DNA from: Octopus vulgaris
Lineage: Eukaryota
DNA length: 64,000 nucleotides
Direction of reading: 5' to 3'
Assembly (NCBI GenBank): GCA_951406725.2
Contig: OX597815.1
Coordinates: 107,694,001-107,758,000, forward strand
The position numbers and the translations under genes were made by a program. Below the pieces are notes generated by a model, which saw only the letters and a program-made list of their open reading frames with translations, made no database searches and was not told the DNA's origin. Within the stretch, counting starts at the first letter, position 1. Each line of letters opens with the position of its first letter. Positions 1 to 13,073 of this stretch are shown here, one piece after another.

Positions 1-840
1 ATATTGAACTGTCTTACTCAGGATCTTATTTTTAGGAATTCCAATAAGTTATGAATACCCAAATTGTGAAGCCAGTTATGTAATAATATGAAATTAGTTA
101 CCCAATAGTAAGAATTCAAATAAAGTAGCCCCGCAAAAAGCATTAATGCATTTCCAGAGTGTATAGAACTTAGGAGGAAATACTAATAAGGTATGTATAC
201 TAAAATTATGAAGGATGTTACATAATAACAGGCTAATCAAATATGAGATAATAACAATTCAAAGTAAATAACTCTGAAAAGGGCTTTTGTGCATTCCCAG
301 AGAATACTACCCTCAGTGGCGCTAGTGTTGGTATATTCGTGAATAAGTCACTAACAGAAATAAGTGGATCTATTGTTTAGGAAAATACTATATACTTGTC
401 TAAGGGTTGTACTGGATAAATTGCAAAAATAACTCAAACAGTTCAAATACTAAGAAATAAGCATGCTCAATTTGATTTATACCAAATGATATTGGAAAAT
501 GAATGGGTTATTTCCCTTGACTGTTAAAATGAAATATATATAAGGATACCATCCAGGGGCCCTATTATGAGTATGTCATAAGGTTCCCAGACATGATTTC
601 TACTTATGTGTCAACTTTCATCAAAATCGATAAAACGATGTAGGAAGAGTTAGCTAACAACTCCACAAACACACCTACAGACAGAATTTCTCACATATGT
701 AGTATTTATACTATATATATATATTTTAATATTTTGCTTAGGCATAGTGTGACTAACAACCTGGTGTAGAACTCAATATATGTATGGACAGAACACAATG
801 TTAGATGAGTGTAGAGTGGTAACAGAAAACAAGGAGATGA

Positions 841-884
<44 letters not shown>

Positions 885-1749
885 ATGTATGCATGTGTGT
901 GTGTGTGTGTATGTGTACATTACTAAAATATTGAGACATCATCTTTGTGTACTGTGCTAGCAGTAATAGACCCATCGGTGAAGTTATATGTCTTCCTGTG
1001 GAGAAGGGAATGGAAAGAAAACAGAAAACAAAAGCAGTATGATTATTTAAGGCAGCGCTCCAGCATGGTCGCAGTCAAATGACTGAAACAAGTAAAAGAA
1101 TAAGAGAACAAAAGAATTTACTGCCATATTTATATGCCGCACTTCATTGTTTGCTTGGTATAAATCTGCGGAAAGAGATAGTACTTTGCAACTACTTTTC
1201 AAAAATATGATGAAGAACAAGCACTTCTTTTGCTTACTTGCATATCTCTACATTTGTTGGCATCAAATAATTTTACATGAAATAATGGAAAGAGTAAGAA
1301 ATTCTAAGACGCAATGGTGTGAAGTGCCAGCTGCATATATATATGTGTATAAATACAAGAAGCAATTATAGTGCACACTACCACACAAGACAACGCAGAA
1401 CTACGTAGGAAAATATAAGACAACACATCTTTACTCTAGAGAATACCTATAAAAATAGATGATTAAAAACAGAATCAACATTCATAAGACAGCACTGTTA
1501 AAATAAACAACCAAGTAATGCACAGTAATCACAAACGAAAAAAAACACCTGAATGATCACACACACACACACGCACGCATGCACATACACACAAACATGC
1601 ATGCATGTGGTAAAAAGCTTGCTTCCCAACCACATGGTTCTGGATCCAGTCCCACTGTGTGGCACCTTGGGCAGGTGTCTTCTACTATAGTCTCAGTCTG
1701 ACCAAACTCTTGTGAGTGGATTTGGTAGATGGAAACTGAAAGAAACCGG

Positions 1750-1791
<42 letters not shown>

Positions 1792-1804
1792 ATATATATA
1801 TATG

Positions 1805-1971
1805 AGCAGGAGTGGGTATGTAGTAAGTAGCTTGCTTACCAGCCACATGGTTATGGGTTCAGTCCCACTGCATGGCACCTTGGGCTACTATAGTCTACTA
1901 TAGTCTTGGGCCAACCAACGCCTTGTGAATGGATTTGATAGATGGAAACTGAAATAAGCCCATCATATATA

Positions 1972-2030
<59 letters not shown>

Positions 2031-2243
2031 ATGTTTGTGTGTCTGTGCTTGTCCCCCTAACATTGCTTGACAACCGATGCTGGTGTGTTTAAGTCCCCGT
2101 AACTTAGCGGTTTGGCAAAAGAGACAGATAGAATAAGTACTAGGCTTACAAAGCATAAGTCCTGGGGTCGATTTGTTTGACTAAAGGCAATGCTCCAGCA
2201 TGGCCACAGTCAAATGATTGAAACGAGTAAAAGAATAAGAGAA
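1805..2243 (+). mobile_element. tRNA-derived SINE, family A (octopus-type), near full length; a 5' partial copy lies at ~1603-1750 and a tail-only copy at ~1050-1115
   Basis: Head GCAGGAGTGG..TGTAGTAAG (A box) and GGGTTCAGTCCC (B-box-like), central (TA)/(TG) tract, tail CCAGCATGGCCACAGTCAAATGA.TGAAAC.AGTAAAAGA; many copies in the window. Confidence 0.85.
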
Positions 2244-2786
2244 TGTAAAAAATGCACTTGAAGAAAATCTATTTATTTTACTTAACTGGTTTCATAAGTT
2301 CCTGATTTTTCAAAAATAATGTGAGATAAAGAGTTTTATGCTATAATCATCCTGACTCTAAATTTCAGTGGGTGCTTAATATAGAACGGTTGTGTTGTAG
2401 TTCTTCGTATTTGACATTGCTAAATAAAGCTGAATGTCAAAATACACCTGACGTTACATTTGGTTGTGTTTTTTTTTTCTTTTTCTGTTCAGGAAGTTCT
2501 TGAATAGCTTTACATGATGGTTGAATAATCCTGGTTGGTTACTTCCCTCCACTATATTATTAAAAAATATCTGTGCAATTCCATTGCTTAATTTCTTTCT
2601 GCTGAAGTTTTTACCAAAGAACACTATTGGTCAGTTTCTTGATGACAACATTACTCAGTTTAAAAAGCCTGGTTGGTGTTTTCAAAGAATTCTCAACTGG
2701 AAAACATTGAATCATAGTTTCAAATTCTAGTTAGAGACCTATTACATATCTATTTGATACGCTGTTAATGCTGTATTTAGTTATGG

Positions 2787-3127
2787 TCTCTTTTACTCTT
2801 TTACTTGTTTCAGTCATTTGATTGTGGCCATGCTGGAGTACCACCTTTAGTCGAGCAAATCGACCCCAGGACTTATTCTTTGTAAGCCTAGTACTTATTC
2901 TATCAGTCTCTTTTGCTGAATCTCTAAGTTACGGGGGCGTAAACACACCAGCATCGGTTGTCAAGTGATGCTGGGAGTACAAACACAGACACACACATAT
3001 ACATATACAAGGCTTTGGTTTGCCCGAGGCTATAGTAGAAGACACTTGCTCAAGGTGCCATGCAGTGGGACTGAACCCGGAGCCATGTGGTTGGTAAGCA
3101 AGTTACTTACCACACAGCCACTCCTAC
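2787..3127 (-). mobile_element. tRNA-derived SINE, family A, internally deleted
   Basis: Reverse complement of the same head and tail as 1805-2243. Confidence 0.8.
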
Positions 3128-3254
3128 ATATAGGATATTTGTTGCCTATGGTTAATGAGCCTGTTTTACAAAGCCAGTTTTCATTACACCATGACAATTC
3201 ATGGCATAAATTAAAGTTTTTGATGAACAAGTGAAATACTTTATTACAGGGAAG

Positions 3255-3255
<1 letters not shown>

Positions 3256-3295
<40 letters not shown>

Positions 3296-3470
3296 TATCG
3301 TTTAACGTCTGTTTTCCTTGGGTTGGATGGTTCGACCGGGGATCTGGGAAGCCAGGAGATTGCACCAGGCTCCAGTCTGATCAGGCGGTGCTTCTACAGC
3401 TGGATGCCCTTCCTAATGCCAACCACTCCGTGTGTGTAGTGGGTGCTTTTTACGTGCCACCAGCACAGGT
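3256..3470 (-). mobile_element. RTE-associated 3' end with (GAT)n tail
   Basis: (CAT)n followed by CGTTTAACGTC...CTACAGCTGGATGCCCTTCCTAATGCCAACCACTCC; the same module follows RTE ORF ends at 22750-23465 and 53484-54540. Confidence 0.75.
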
Positions 3471-4089
3471 CATGTATATTTAAATTTATGTCTTCTATAA
3501 GGTTGATGCAGATTCTACATTTTGTGTTGTCAAACTTTTAGACAATTGGAGTTGTGTTTCTAATGAGGAATTTGGCACAATGTTTGAACGGGTTTATTTG
3601 CTATGGTTTTTGTTATTGCTTTCTGATATCACTGTTTGCACATCATTACACTCAATGCCTATGTTTCTGTAGGGGGTCACGAAACCTTTTTCGTAATGGG
3701 CCAGATAACCGAGAGAATGATGAGTGTGGGCTTCATAACTATTTTGTTTAATACAATACAGTGAATACACAAAAAATAAACACAACTAGCATATTCATTT
3801 ACCAAAAAGTTATCAAAGAAGGCAATGTTAGCAATCAAATAGTTATATCTCACCCAGTGTGCAAATATCTGAATCTCACAAACTAAGCAACAAAAAAGGT
3901 AAGTGAGATTTGTGTAACTGGCGTTTAGCTTTTAAGATATCAATATTTGGTTTGGGATTGCTGCATCCAACCAAGGGAATTGCTTTCAAATGTTCATCAG
4001 TCAACCTCGTTCGATGTGCTGACTTTACACTTGCTCACAGACATAAGTTGTTCCAAACACTGATGCCATACCAGAGGTAAATGAACTCT

Positions 4090-5580
4090 CATTGCAGGTA
4101 CTTACACAAAAGGTACAGTGTAGCAACAGACCAGATGAACTGACCTTGCAGGCTGGATCCACCCAAGCTACTGACCACGTTGGACTCTACCTACTTAGCA
4201 GTTTCCATGAACAATTTCCCAACATCTCCAGTGGTCTATACAGAGATGACGCTCTGTTCAGTATCCAAATTCTTGTAACCAGATAATTGAACAGACAAAA
4301 AAAAGATTGAGATGCTTCTTTAAAAATGCTGGCCTCAGCATTTCTTTCTGTAACAACATCAAAACTGCTAATTTCTTAGACGTTACCCTGGACTTACAAA
4401 CCAAACCCATACTACAAATTTGGGGAAAACTTCCTATATGAGAACTTCTCCTGAATCCTTCCTCACTCCATCCTAAAATCTATTGTAGAAAGCATGTCCT
4501 TCTGGATCTGCTCATTATCTGCTAATCAAGATTTATTCGATCAATATGCTGAATACTACAACTGTGCCCGACAATGTGCCGGATATAAACACTCACTTGA
4601 ATACATACCCATGTGGGACATTCCTCTCTCAACTAAACCAGTTCCCAATCCCCATATTATAAACGTAACCCCCACTTTCCCACCCCACCAATACTCATCC
4701 AAATATTGGAGTAGCAAAGACCTAACAAATGACTCCCCTACCTGATAACCTCTAATCCTATAAATACTACAATCCACCAAGACAGACACCAACATACACC
4801 TTTAAAATCCTATCTCCACCCAGGTAACCCCACTAATCAGATTAAACGAACTAGAATCCAAGACATCATCAGGTTCCACCCCCACTCGCCCTTAACATCC
4901 AGACTCGAGTACCCAAACTCTTCTTCACTCTACTTGAAAAACCCCATAAGAAAAATATTTAACCCCCAATCTATAAAATTGTCCTACTCCACCATCAATA
5001 TTGCCAGAGTTATCAGAAATCTTTACAACATGAAACTCTGAAATCCACCAATGGCTAACCCCAACTCTAGTAAAATTAATTCAACATAACGCCCAACTCC
5101 ATGCATATAAACCCAATGCACCAACTGAACCCCTTAACAATACTAACCTTCTTAACTACAACCATAATGCCAGTGCTAATACCTGACCCTTAGATGTACC
5201 ACAATGCCCAAATATATCTCCTGTCATAATAGGGAACATCCTAGAGGATTCCACCAGATACAATAATCATCATATCATACAAACCAACAACACCACTCTC
5301 AACTAATTATCAAATGATAATTTTAGCACCAACTATAATAACAAACTGAACATCGATTCCTCACTAAATAACAAACCCCTCACAAGCTTGTCCAGAATAC
5401 CCTCTACAAACATATGCAGCTGCAGACGCCCAACCTCCTGTCCTTTAGATAACTGCTGTCTCACTAAAAATATAGTTTAGAAGTGCACAGTATCAACTAA
5501 CAACTGCAACTAGATTTACATTGGCTCATGTGGAGTGAGCAATCACTACTCTAACTTCAAATCCCAAACAAAATCTGAAT
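4090..5580 (+). pseudogene. Decayed Penelope-like element (PLE) ORF, part 1: RT core, thumb, linker and start of GIY-YIG endonuclease
   Basis: Frame-shifted motifs in PLE order: TDHVGLYLL..GLYRDDALF (4150-4260), ANFLDVTLDL (~4368), SLSANQDLFDQYAEYYNCARQCAGY (~4512), KRTRIQDIIRFHP (~4845), IRKIFNPQSIKLSYS (~4947), CSCRRPTSCPLDNCCLTKNIV*KC...IYIGSC (5415-5532). Confidence 0.8.
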
Positions 5581-6808
5581 CTAGTCTTTTTCATTCACAA
5601 AATGAGCTCCCCTTTAATTTGGTTCAGATTGCTTTCAATTTTGGTGTATTGATGTAACTCTGAATTTTGATTACAATCAACCAATTACTTTATCTCGTAA
5701 ATTAAAGAATCTGATATTATTTGGAATTGAAGTTGGGAAATTTGGGCAATGTTAGCCAATCACCAGACAGCATGGAATTAGTAGCTTGTTACCATGACAT
5801 CTACATGCTGTGTTGTGATTCACTGTTGTCTGTGCTGCTGTTGTCTATGTTGATTTCACCCATATGTTTTAATTTATGTGTGTTAGTATACTACATATTT
5901 TTCTGTGCTTCTGTGTGTTAGTATTTTTACATATTTTTCATTTCATATATTTTTGGGACTCATTGACTCATAGCTGGATTTATGATTTCACTAGGTTAAT
6001 TCTATTCATAAAAAATTTAAATCAAGAGAATTTCTTAAACTGTTAGCTTCACATTTCAACAACTTAACTGAAATTTAGCCCACGTAACAGGAAGTGAGAG
6101 GGATATATTGTGGAATAGAGAAACTGTGGGTGATAAAGATAATTTGACATTATTTTTGAATTCTGCATGCAAAAACATATAAGGTACAGGTATTCTTTTC
6201 CTTGGGATAAATTCTTTGTTGACCAGTGGTATTCTTATCATAGTTTACAAATCCAAGCATGAAAACGTTACTCAACTTTGGAGTTTTGGAGACAGCGGGC
6301 CCCCTTTTTAAACACACACACACACAGAATTATATATTAATACTATACATAAACACATGGCAGTTATACATAATACTGAAGTACACATAAAGTAAACACA
6401 TGCAGACAAATATATTAATATAACAAATTTTTAAAAATGATAAAAACATACAATTAATGAAGAGACAAAAGAAAGAGTAAGATGATACATGTTGATTTTA
6501 TTAGGTATTTATGTTTATTTCGAAATCTACAATGAACAGGTCAGATGCTAAACTATAAATTTCACAGGGTACAGCCTTAAAGTTGACACCGCTCTGCTAA
6601 ACACAGAAAATTTCTGCCTTGCTATTGGCTAAAAATACCCAGTTTTTCCGATTTTTAAACCTCTGTAACTTTTTTCTCCAATTTTTTTTCTCTACAACAT
6701 CATACCTTCAAAGAAATGAGACTGAAAGGCTACATTATTAAAGCCAATTTACGGATCTTTTTTTATTTCCTTTTAAAAAATGAATATTTTGCGAATAAAA
6801 AAAACTAG
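5581..6808. mobile_element. Non-autonomous DNA transposon with terminal inverted repeats, splitting the PLE endonuclease
   Basis: Left end CTAGTCTTTTTCATTCACAAAAT; right end ATTTTGCGAATAAAAAAAACTAG (imperfect reverse complement); AT on both flanks; PLE coding sequence resumes directly after it. Confidence 0.6.
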
Positions 6809-7023
6809 ATCCCAAAATCTAACAGTACATCGTTTCAACCCCTTACACTCTCAAATGGTCCATAATCACCCATGCCAAACCTTACAGTGGATATAACAAG
6901 TGTAATCTCTGCATAGCTGAAGTCATGGCCATTTTGCAATCCATGGACCGCCTCAATGAACACAGCAGTACAATATTCATCTGCAAACACCAGCCACTAA
7001 ATCTATTTTCTAAATACAAATAA
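6809..7023 (+). pseudogene. Decayed PLE ORF, part 2: C-terminus of the GIY-YIG endonuclease
   Basis: From 6841 translates PYTLKWSIITHAKPYSGYNKCNLCIAEVMAILQSMDRLNEHSSTIFICKHQPLNLFSKYK*, matching the PLE pattern KWSI..A.PY....C.LC..E...I...LN......C.H. Confidence 0.75.
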
Positions 7024-7045
7024 TTACAACCCCACCCTGCTCTAA

Positions 7046-7350
<305 letters not shown>

Positions 7351-7708
7351 ATATATATATATATATATATATCTTTCCCACTCATCCACCCTCGCTACCG
7401 CCTTGTATTAAATCAATAATATTTTTATCCCTTTTTAATTCCTTGATCATCATTACAAAATTCTCTCCATATTTTTACTTACTATCTAAAATATTTGTCG
7501 TTCCCTTTATTTCAACCCCTTCCCCCTCCTACTCCCTCCATCCATAAGCTTAAAAATTTTACAGGGTTTTTTTTTTGTTTAACCACTCCTTTGATAGTTT
7601 CTGTCTTTCAGCCATAAAAGTCATTTGACTACCAACAACCATCTAGCCAGGCTTAAATTCCTTAACCTACTTTGCTTTATTCATACACACTTTCTTTCTC
7701 CCCAATGA

Positions 7709-9850
7709 CCCAATCTGGCTCTTGCGAGCAACAAAAACCTGAACCATCTCCAATCTGCTTCCTTCGATTGGAAGAGAGCAGATTGGAACCTGTACCACAC
7801 TGAACTACAGCACCCAAACTGGCGTGAATTCTACAACTCTGGAGATGTGAATACTATACTCCAGAGTATCCTGGACTCAATATGGGCAGCATGTGCAGCA
7901 TCAGTGCCACGTAAACAAAAAAAGAAGAACCGCCCCAAAAGGGCAATTTGGGAAACTTCAGCGGTCCGACTTGCCAGGAGGGAACGTCGGACTGCTGAAC
8001 GGGAATACAGGTTGCATAAATCAGACACCAACAGGAAGAAGCGGAATAAATCCTCCAACCATCTCAAGCAAGTGACAAAAAAAGCAGTGCTTGAATTTGA
8101 ACAGTGCATAGCAGCCAATCCTGACAGCAAGGTTTTCTGGAAATATGTGCACTCAAAGCAGAGACCTCACTCTCCAGTGGGCCCTCTTCGCAACCCTCAC
8201 ACAAACCAGATCACTGACGACCCCAAGGAATGCGCAGAACTTATTGCCGAGTGCTATGCAAACATATTCACTGTTGAAAGTCAAAATGTACCATCTTCAC
8301 CATCACTAACAGCAAACTCCATAACAACTATGGAATTTACACCTGCAATGCTGCGACGTCACCTTCAAAATAAGCGCAACTATGCCTCCCCTGGTCTCGA
8401 TGGAGTTACATACCTGCTTCTCAAACGTGGCAGGCACTTCCTTTTACACCAGCTTTCTATTTTCTTCCAGTACTGTCTCAACAATGGTGCTACTCCGGAG
8501 CAGTGGAAAACTGCCAGTGTCATTCCTCTGTTCAAAAAGGGCGACCGCACATCACCTGTCAACTATCGCCCAGTCAGTCTCACTAGCTGTATTGCAAAAC
8601 TGATGGAATCGTGTGTCAGAGAAACACTCTGGAACTTCTGGAGCTCTCACAGTCTCATCCGACCCTCACAATATGGATTTGTCCCTAACTCCAGCTGCAG
8701 TGACCAGCTTGTCGAGTTCCTTGAGGACATTACTCAGATTACTGACAGTGGCTCATGGGTGGATGTTGTCTACCTTGACTTTGCTAAGGCTTTCAACTCT
8801 GTGCCACACAAAAGGCTTATGGTGAAACTCTCTGCAATGGGTGTGGGGGATGACCTTTTTAACTGGTTGAAATCCTTCATCCTCAGCCGAAAGGAGGTAG
8901 TCACAGTTCTAGGACAGCACTCTACACCATATGAGATGTCATCGGGTGTACCACAGGGATCTGTCCTTGGCCCCCTCTTGTTTGTGGCATACATTAACGA
9001 CATAGATGCCAATTTGGAGAATGCCACAGTATTGAAATATGCAGACGACATCAAGCTGTACCTTGAAATCAAGAGGACAGATCCTGATGTCTACAACTCT
9101 TTCCTGCAATCAGACCTAGACACAATGCAGCAATGGATCACAGACTGGCAACTGAAACTGGCTGTGGACAAGTGTACCACCATGCATTTTGGGAGAAAAA
9201 ACCCTGCGTTCACATACTCCCTCCACAACACTGATATCAAGAAATCCTCTTGCGAGCGTGACCTAGGCATCACTGTCAGCAGTGATTTGCGTTGGTCAAA
9301 GCATATCTCTAAGATTGTCAGGAAGGCCGAGGGTGTCTTGGCATCACTCAGCAGGTCTTTTGTTAGCCGCTCTCCAGCCATCTATTTAAAACTGTATACA
9401 GCTATGGTACGACCACACTTGGAATTCGCATCATCAGTTTGGAACCCCTATCTTGCACAGAACATTGACCTCCTGGAATCTGTCCAGAGACGTGCAACCA
9501 AACGCATACCCTCCATCAGACACCTACCATATTCTGAGCGCCTTGTTTCCCTGGGCATGGATTCACTGAAGCTCCGGCGTTTGGCGACGGACTTGGTAAA
9601 CACCCACAAAGTTATCAACCACCTCACCAACAACAACACTGAACACCTTTTTGATCTCCATGTGTCTAACACACGTGGACATGCCTACAAAGTCAGAAAA
9701 CAATACAGCTCCCATGACTTTCGGAAACATTTTTTCACGCTCAGAGTTGCTGAAGCATGGAATAAACTGCCTGCGTCAGTTGTTGACTGCCATGACACTG
9801 CATCTTTTAAGGCCCTCATGCTTTCCGAAATCCGCCGAAACTTCACCTGA
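7709..9850 (+). CDS. LINE ORF2 fragment: reverse transcriptase (CR1-type), no start codon or endonuclease domain
   Basis: Frame is open from 7709 (after TGA at 7706-7708) and runs through track ORF 7847..9850; motifs FDWKRADW, SPGLDG, NYRPVSLTS, YLDFAKAFNSV, GVPQGSVLGPLLF, YADD, ERDLGI, TRGH, FFTLRV..WNKLP. Confidence 0.9.
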   Translation, partial: PNLALASNKNLNHLQSASFDWKRADWNLYHTELQHPNWREFYNSGDVNTILQSILDSIWAACAASVPRKQKKKNRPKRAIWETSAVRLARRERRTAEREYRLHKSDTNRKKRNKSSNHLKQVTKKAVLEFEQCIAANPDSKVFWKYVHSKQRPHSPVGPLRNPHTNQITDDPKECAELIAECYANIFTVESQNVPSSPSLTANSITTMEFTPAMLRRHLQNKRNYASPGLDGVTYLLLKRGRHFLLHQLSIFFQYCLNNGATPEQWKTASVIPLFKKGDRTSPVNYRPVSLTSCIAKLMESCVRETLWNFWSSHSLIRPSQYGFVPNSSCSDQLVEFLEDITQITDSGSWVDVVYLDFAKAFNSVPHKRLMVKLSAMGVGDDLFNWLKSFILSRKEVVTVLGQHSTPYEMSSGVPQGSVLGPLLFVAYINDIDANLENATVLKYADDIKLYLEIKRTDPDVYNSFLQSDLDTMQQWITDWQLKLAVDKCTTMHFGRKNPAFTYSLHNTDIKKSSCERDLGITVSSDLRWSKHISKIVRKAEGVLASLSRSFVSRSPAIYLKLYTAMVRPHLEFASSVWNPYLAQNIDLLESVQRRATKRIPSIRHLPYSERLVSLGMDSLKLRRLATDLVNTHKVINHLTNNNTEHLFDLHVSNTRGHAYKVRKQYSSHDFRKHFFTLRVAEAWNKLPASVVDCHDTASFKALMLSEIRRNFT

Positions 9851-9926
9851 TTATATATACACTTTAGATGAGTTGTAGTGCACCTGAGCACTGTACACAA
9901 TTATTATTATTATTATTATTATTATT
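7709..9926 (+). mobile_element. 5'-truncated CR1-clade LINE with short 3' UTR stem-loop and (TTA)n tail; 5' boundary approximate
   Basis: Uninterrupted RT frame; 3' UTR hairpin TGTAGTGC-ACCTGA-GCACTGTA; (TTA)n at ~9901-9926; no APE endonuclease upstream. Confidence 0.9.
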
Positions 9927-10229
9927 TCCTCACCCTCTCCACTCCAATTTATCTTTTCTTCAAGTAACAATCCCACTACTGAATTCTGTGATTCAACTAA
10001 AACTGCTATATTATCTACTACCAGTCAACTGACTTGCCCAATTCTTCCTTCCTCTCACTCCCTTATATATATATATATTTTTTTTTCTTCTTCCAATTCT
10101 TATTTCTCCCTACATCTAAATACTCCTCTCATATTGTACCCTCCACACATTCTGATTGAATCTTCTTTGCATCAACATGTACCTCCTTGCGATAGATAAT
10201 GTAACCTTTAAACTAATCAAGATATCATT

Positions 10230-10312
10230 GGCCTGAAGAGTAGCTGGTGGTATACACTTCACTTGGATTTTACCACCTCTCAGGTTCCACTTGCTACGAA
10301 ACGTATGTAGCC
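10230..10312 (+). ncRNA. Type I hammerhead ribozyme motif with extended stem II, at the 3' end of the PLE
   Basis: GGC-CUGAAGA-GUAGC...GCUAC-GAA-ACGUAUGU-A-GCC; GUA site at 10309; stem I only 3 bp. Confidence 0.7.
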
Positions 10313-10354
10313 TGGATTTTTCCTACCCCTATCCATAAATCTTGTACACACACA

Positions 10355-10445
<91 letters not shown>

Positions 10446-10659
10446 TCATATTTATATGTATGTAAATCTATCTGTCGATATATATACATATGCACATACA
10501 TATTTGTGTGTATGTATATATATATATATATATATACATATATAAATTGAATTTAGAATTAAAGAATCAAGGTTTAGAAAGGAGGCATTAAATGCAGTAT
10601 CCAAACCTTGTTTCAGGGTAAGTCCCAGGTAGTGTACCTGTTGATGCAATGCACAGTGC

Positions 10660-11259
10660 ATCGATCTGGTTATGGAGAAGAAGCAACAAGCAAATTTCAT
10701 ATCTGTGCAATTTCTGATTTTCATTCAAATTGTGTGGTGCCCATTTGTTGAACTTTTTTGATTTTCTGATCACATGCAAATGGTTGCAGGCTGTTTTGGT
10801 TAACTTGAAGTTCTTTTGCCAGTTCTTGAGTGGTTTTATGTGGATCTTTCTCAATGATGGTCTTTAATTGACTGACATCGATGACAGACAGGTGTCCTCT
10901 ATGCTCACAATCTTCAAGGTACAGGTCTCCACTGCAAAATTGTTTAAACCATTTTCTAGCTTACCACTCACTGGTCAATTTTTCACCAAACATTTTGTTG
11001 ATATCATGAGTGGTTTCAGCTGCTTTACATCCTTTTTGAAGTTGAATAGCAAAATTGCTTGAATATTGCACTTTGACAGTTAAATTTCAGATGATTGTAG
11101 CAAAAAATATCAATGTTAATTCATTGTTGCATTTGGACAAGTCTACATCTTTATTATCAGACAATTGCAAAAGACGTTTAAAAAATATTCAAAACTCTGC
11201 AAAAATCTGGTACAAATTCTTCATGGTTCAAAATGTTGCTTAGTTTTTACTCAACCTAG
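10660..11259 (-). mobile_element. mariner transposon remnant (5' TIR and N-terminal transposase)
   Basis: Minus strand begins TAGGTTGAG (mariner TIR-like); decayed IQAILLFNFKK..KAAETTHDINKMFG and KWAPHNLNENQK (WVPHEL motif). Confidence 0.75.
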
Positions 11260-11430
11260 GCGAAGGAGTGGCTGTGTGGTATGTAGCTTACTTACCAACC
11301 TCATGGTTCCGGGTTCAGTCCCACTGCGTGGGACCTTGGGCAAGTATCGTCTACTATGGCCTGAGGCTGACCAAAGACTTGTGAGTGGATTTGGGAGACG
11401 GAAACTGAAAGAAGCCCGTCGTATATATGT

Positions 11431-11466
<36 letters not shown>

Positions 11467-11706
11467 GTATTTATGCATGTGTGTGTGTACATGTTTCTGT
11501 GTCTGTGTTTGTCCCCCCCAACATCACTTGACAACCAATGCTGGTGTGTTTACGTCCCTGTAACTTAGTGGTTCAGCAAAAGAGGCCGATAGAAGAAATA
11601 CTAGGCTTACAAGGAATAAGTCATGGAGTCGATTTGCTCGACTAAAGGCGGTGCTCCAGCATGGCCACAGTCAAATGACTGAAACAAGTAAAAGAGTAAA
11701 GAGAGT
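11260..11706 (+). mobile_element. tRNA-derived SINE, family A, full length
   Basis: GGCGAAGGAGTGGCTGTGTGG...GGGTTCAGTCCC...GACTGAAACAAGTAAAAGAG. Confidence 0.85.
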
Positions 11707-11728
11707 AACCTGATAATTAAACACTAAA

Positions 11729-11920
11729 GTGGCAAGTGGGCAGAGTTGTTAGCGTGCTGGACAAAATGCCTAGCAGCATTTCATCTGTTTTTATATTCTG
11801 AGTGCAAAGTCTGCCAACATGTACTTTGCCTTTCATCCTTTTAGGGTTGATAAAATAAGTACCAGTTGGGCACTGGAGTCGATGTAATCAAAATAGCTGG
11901 CCTTGCACCAAAATGTGAAA
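11729..11920 (+). mobile_element. tRNA-derived SINE, family B, with Nin/Deu-like central domain
   Basis: GCAGAGTTGTTAGC head, CTGAGTGCAAAGTC B-box-like, core GCCTTTCATCCTTTT.GGGTTGATAAAATAAGTACCAG. Confidence 0.7.
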
Positions 11921-12165
11921 CCAATACTTTTAGGTGCTACATTTCTTGGCTTACATTTCTTTCTTTCATTTGTCCTACTTTACATGGCCTACATTTCTTT
12001 CTTTCACTTAAATTTTTTTCTGTCCAGAATTGCTTTGATGTTTCCATTCATAATTGACCACTTACTGTAAATTTTGTTATATTTCATTAAACAGCCATAC
12101 ATATACTACAAGATGACTGACTTTACACTGTGAAACAGGTTGCTACTTGTAAGGTCTGAATCAAA

Positions 12166-12236
<71 letters not shown>

Positions 12237-12427
12237 TTGTGTCTATGTGAATGGGTGCATCTGACTGTATTTTGGCCATTGTAAAAACTTGTGCTTTATG
12301 AAAAAGATAACTTAGCAATTCAATAATTATTGATTAACAAAAACAAAAATAAATATTGGTATCAATATTTGCAACTAAAACACTTAAAGCTGTGCTTACA
12401 ATCCAGTGACTGAATACAGTGAAACGA

Positions 12428-12502
<75 letters not shown>

Positions 12503-12574
12503 ATATATATATATCTATTATTATCTATATATATATATATCTATCTATCTAGAAGTGCACATATTACATATTAT

Positions 12575-12615
<41 letters not shown>

Positions 12616-12620
<5 letters not shown>

Positions 12621-12803
12621 GTTGGTGCATAATTATTGCAACTTTTTCAATTAATCTTATTCAACAAACATTTTAAACAAAATGGCAAGCAGAAATTGAA
12701 GTAGATAGTGAATATGCTCCGGAATAATCATTTAAAGATGTTTTTGTTGCATGTTATTGTTTTTGTTGAGTAAAATTTATTGCAGAAAAGCTGCAATAAA
12801 ATA
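12616..12803 (+). mobile_element. Internally deleted mariner (MITE-like) in (TA)n
   Basis: Left TIR TTAGGTTGGTGCATAATTATTGCAACTTTT, partial right TIR AAAAGCTGCAATAA, short C-terminal remnant KWQAEIEVDSEYAPE*. Confidence 0.55.
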
Positions 12804-12829
12804 TATTTATATATATGTATAGGTATATA

Positions 12830-12924
<95 letters not shown>

Positions 12925-13005
12925 ATGCATGTATATATATGTATGTATGTATGTATGCATGTATGAATAACATGTTATAATTTAGAATAAACAGTAACAA
13001 GTTTT

Positions 13006-13073
13006 CATTATAGTATTTGGAGTTTCAAATGTCGTAGTGAAAAGCTACAGTAAATTCTCCTCGGCTATTAATG
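13006..13073 (-). ncRNA. Degenerate hammerhead motif (U4C core) in a short repeat that is partly repeated at ~14838-14898
   Basis: Minus strand CAUUAAUAG-CCGAGGA-GAAU..GUAG..CUAC..AUUU-GAA-ACUCCAAAU-A-CUAUAAUG; good stem I, decayed stem III. Confidence 0.45.

Noticed and set aside
2460-2730. Acceptor-like T-tract/CAG and a 69-aa ORF
   Set aside because: All three frames after the AG stop within a few codons, and the ORF has no recognisable motif.
3975-4006. Minus-strand CTGATGA-ACATTT-GAAA just upstream of the PLE ORF
   Set aside because: No convincing stem II or stem I partner. It may be a decayed inverted pLTR ribozyme, but I cannot support it.
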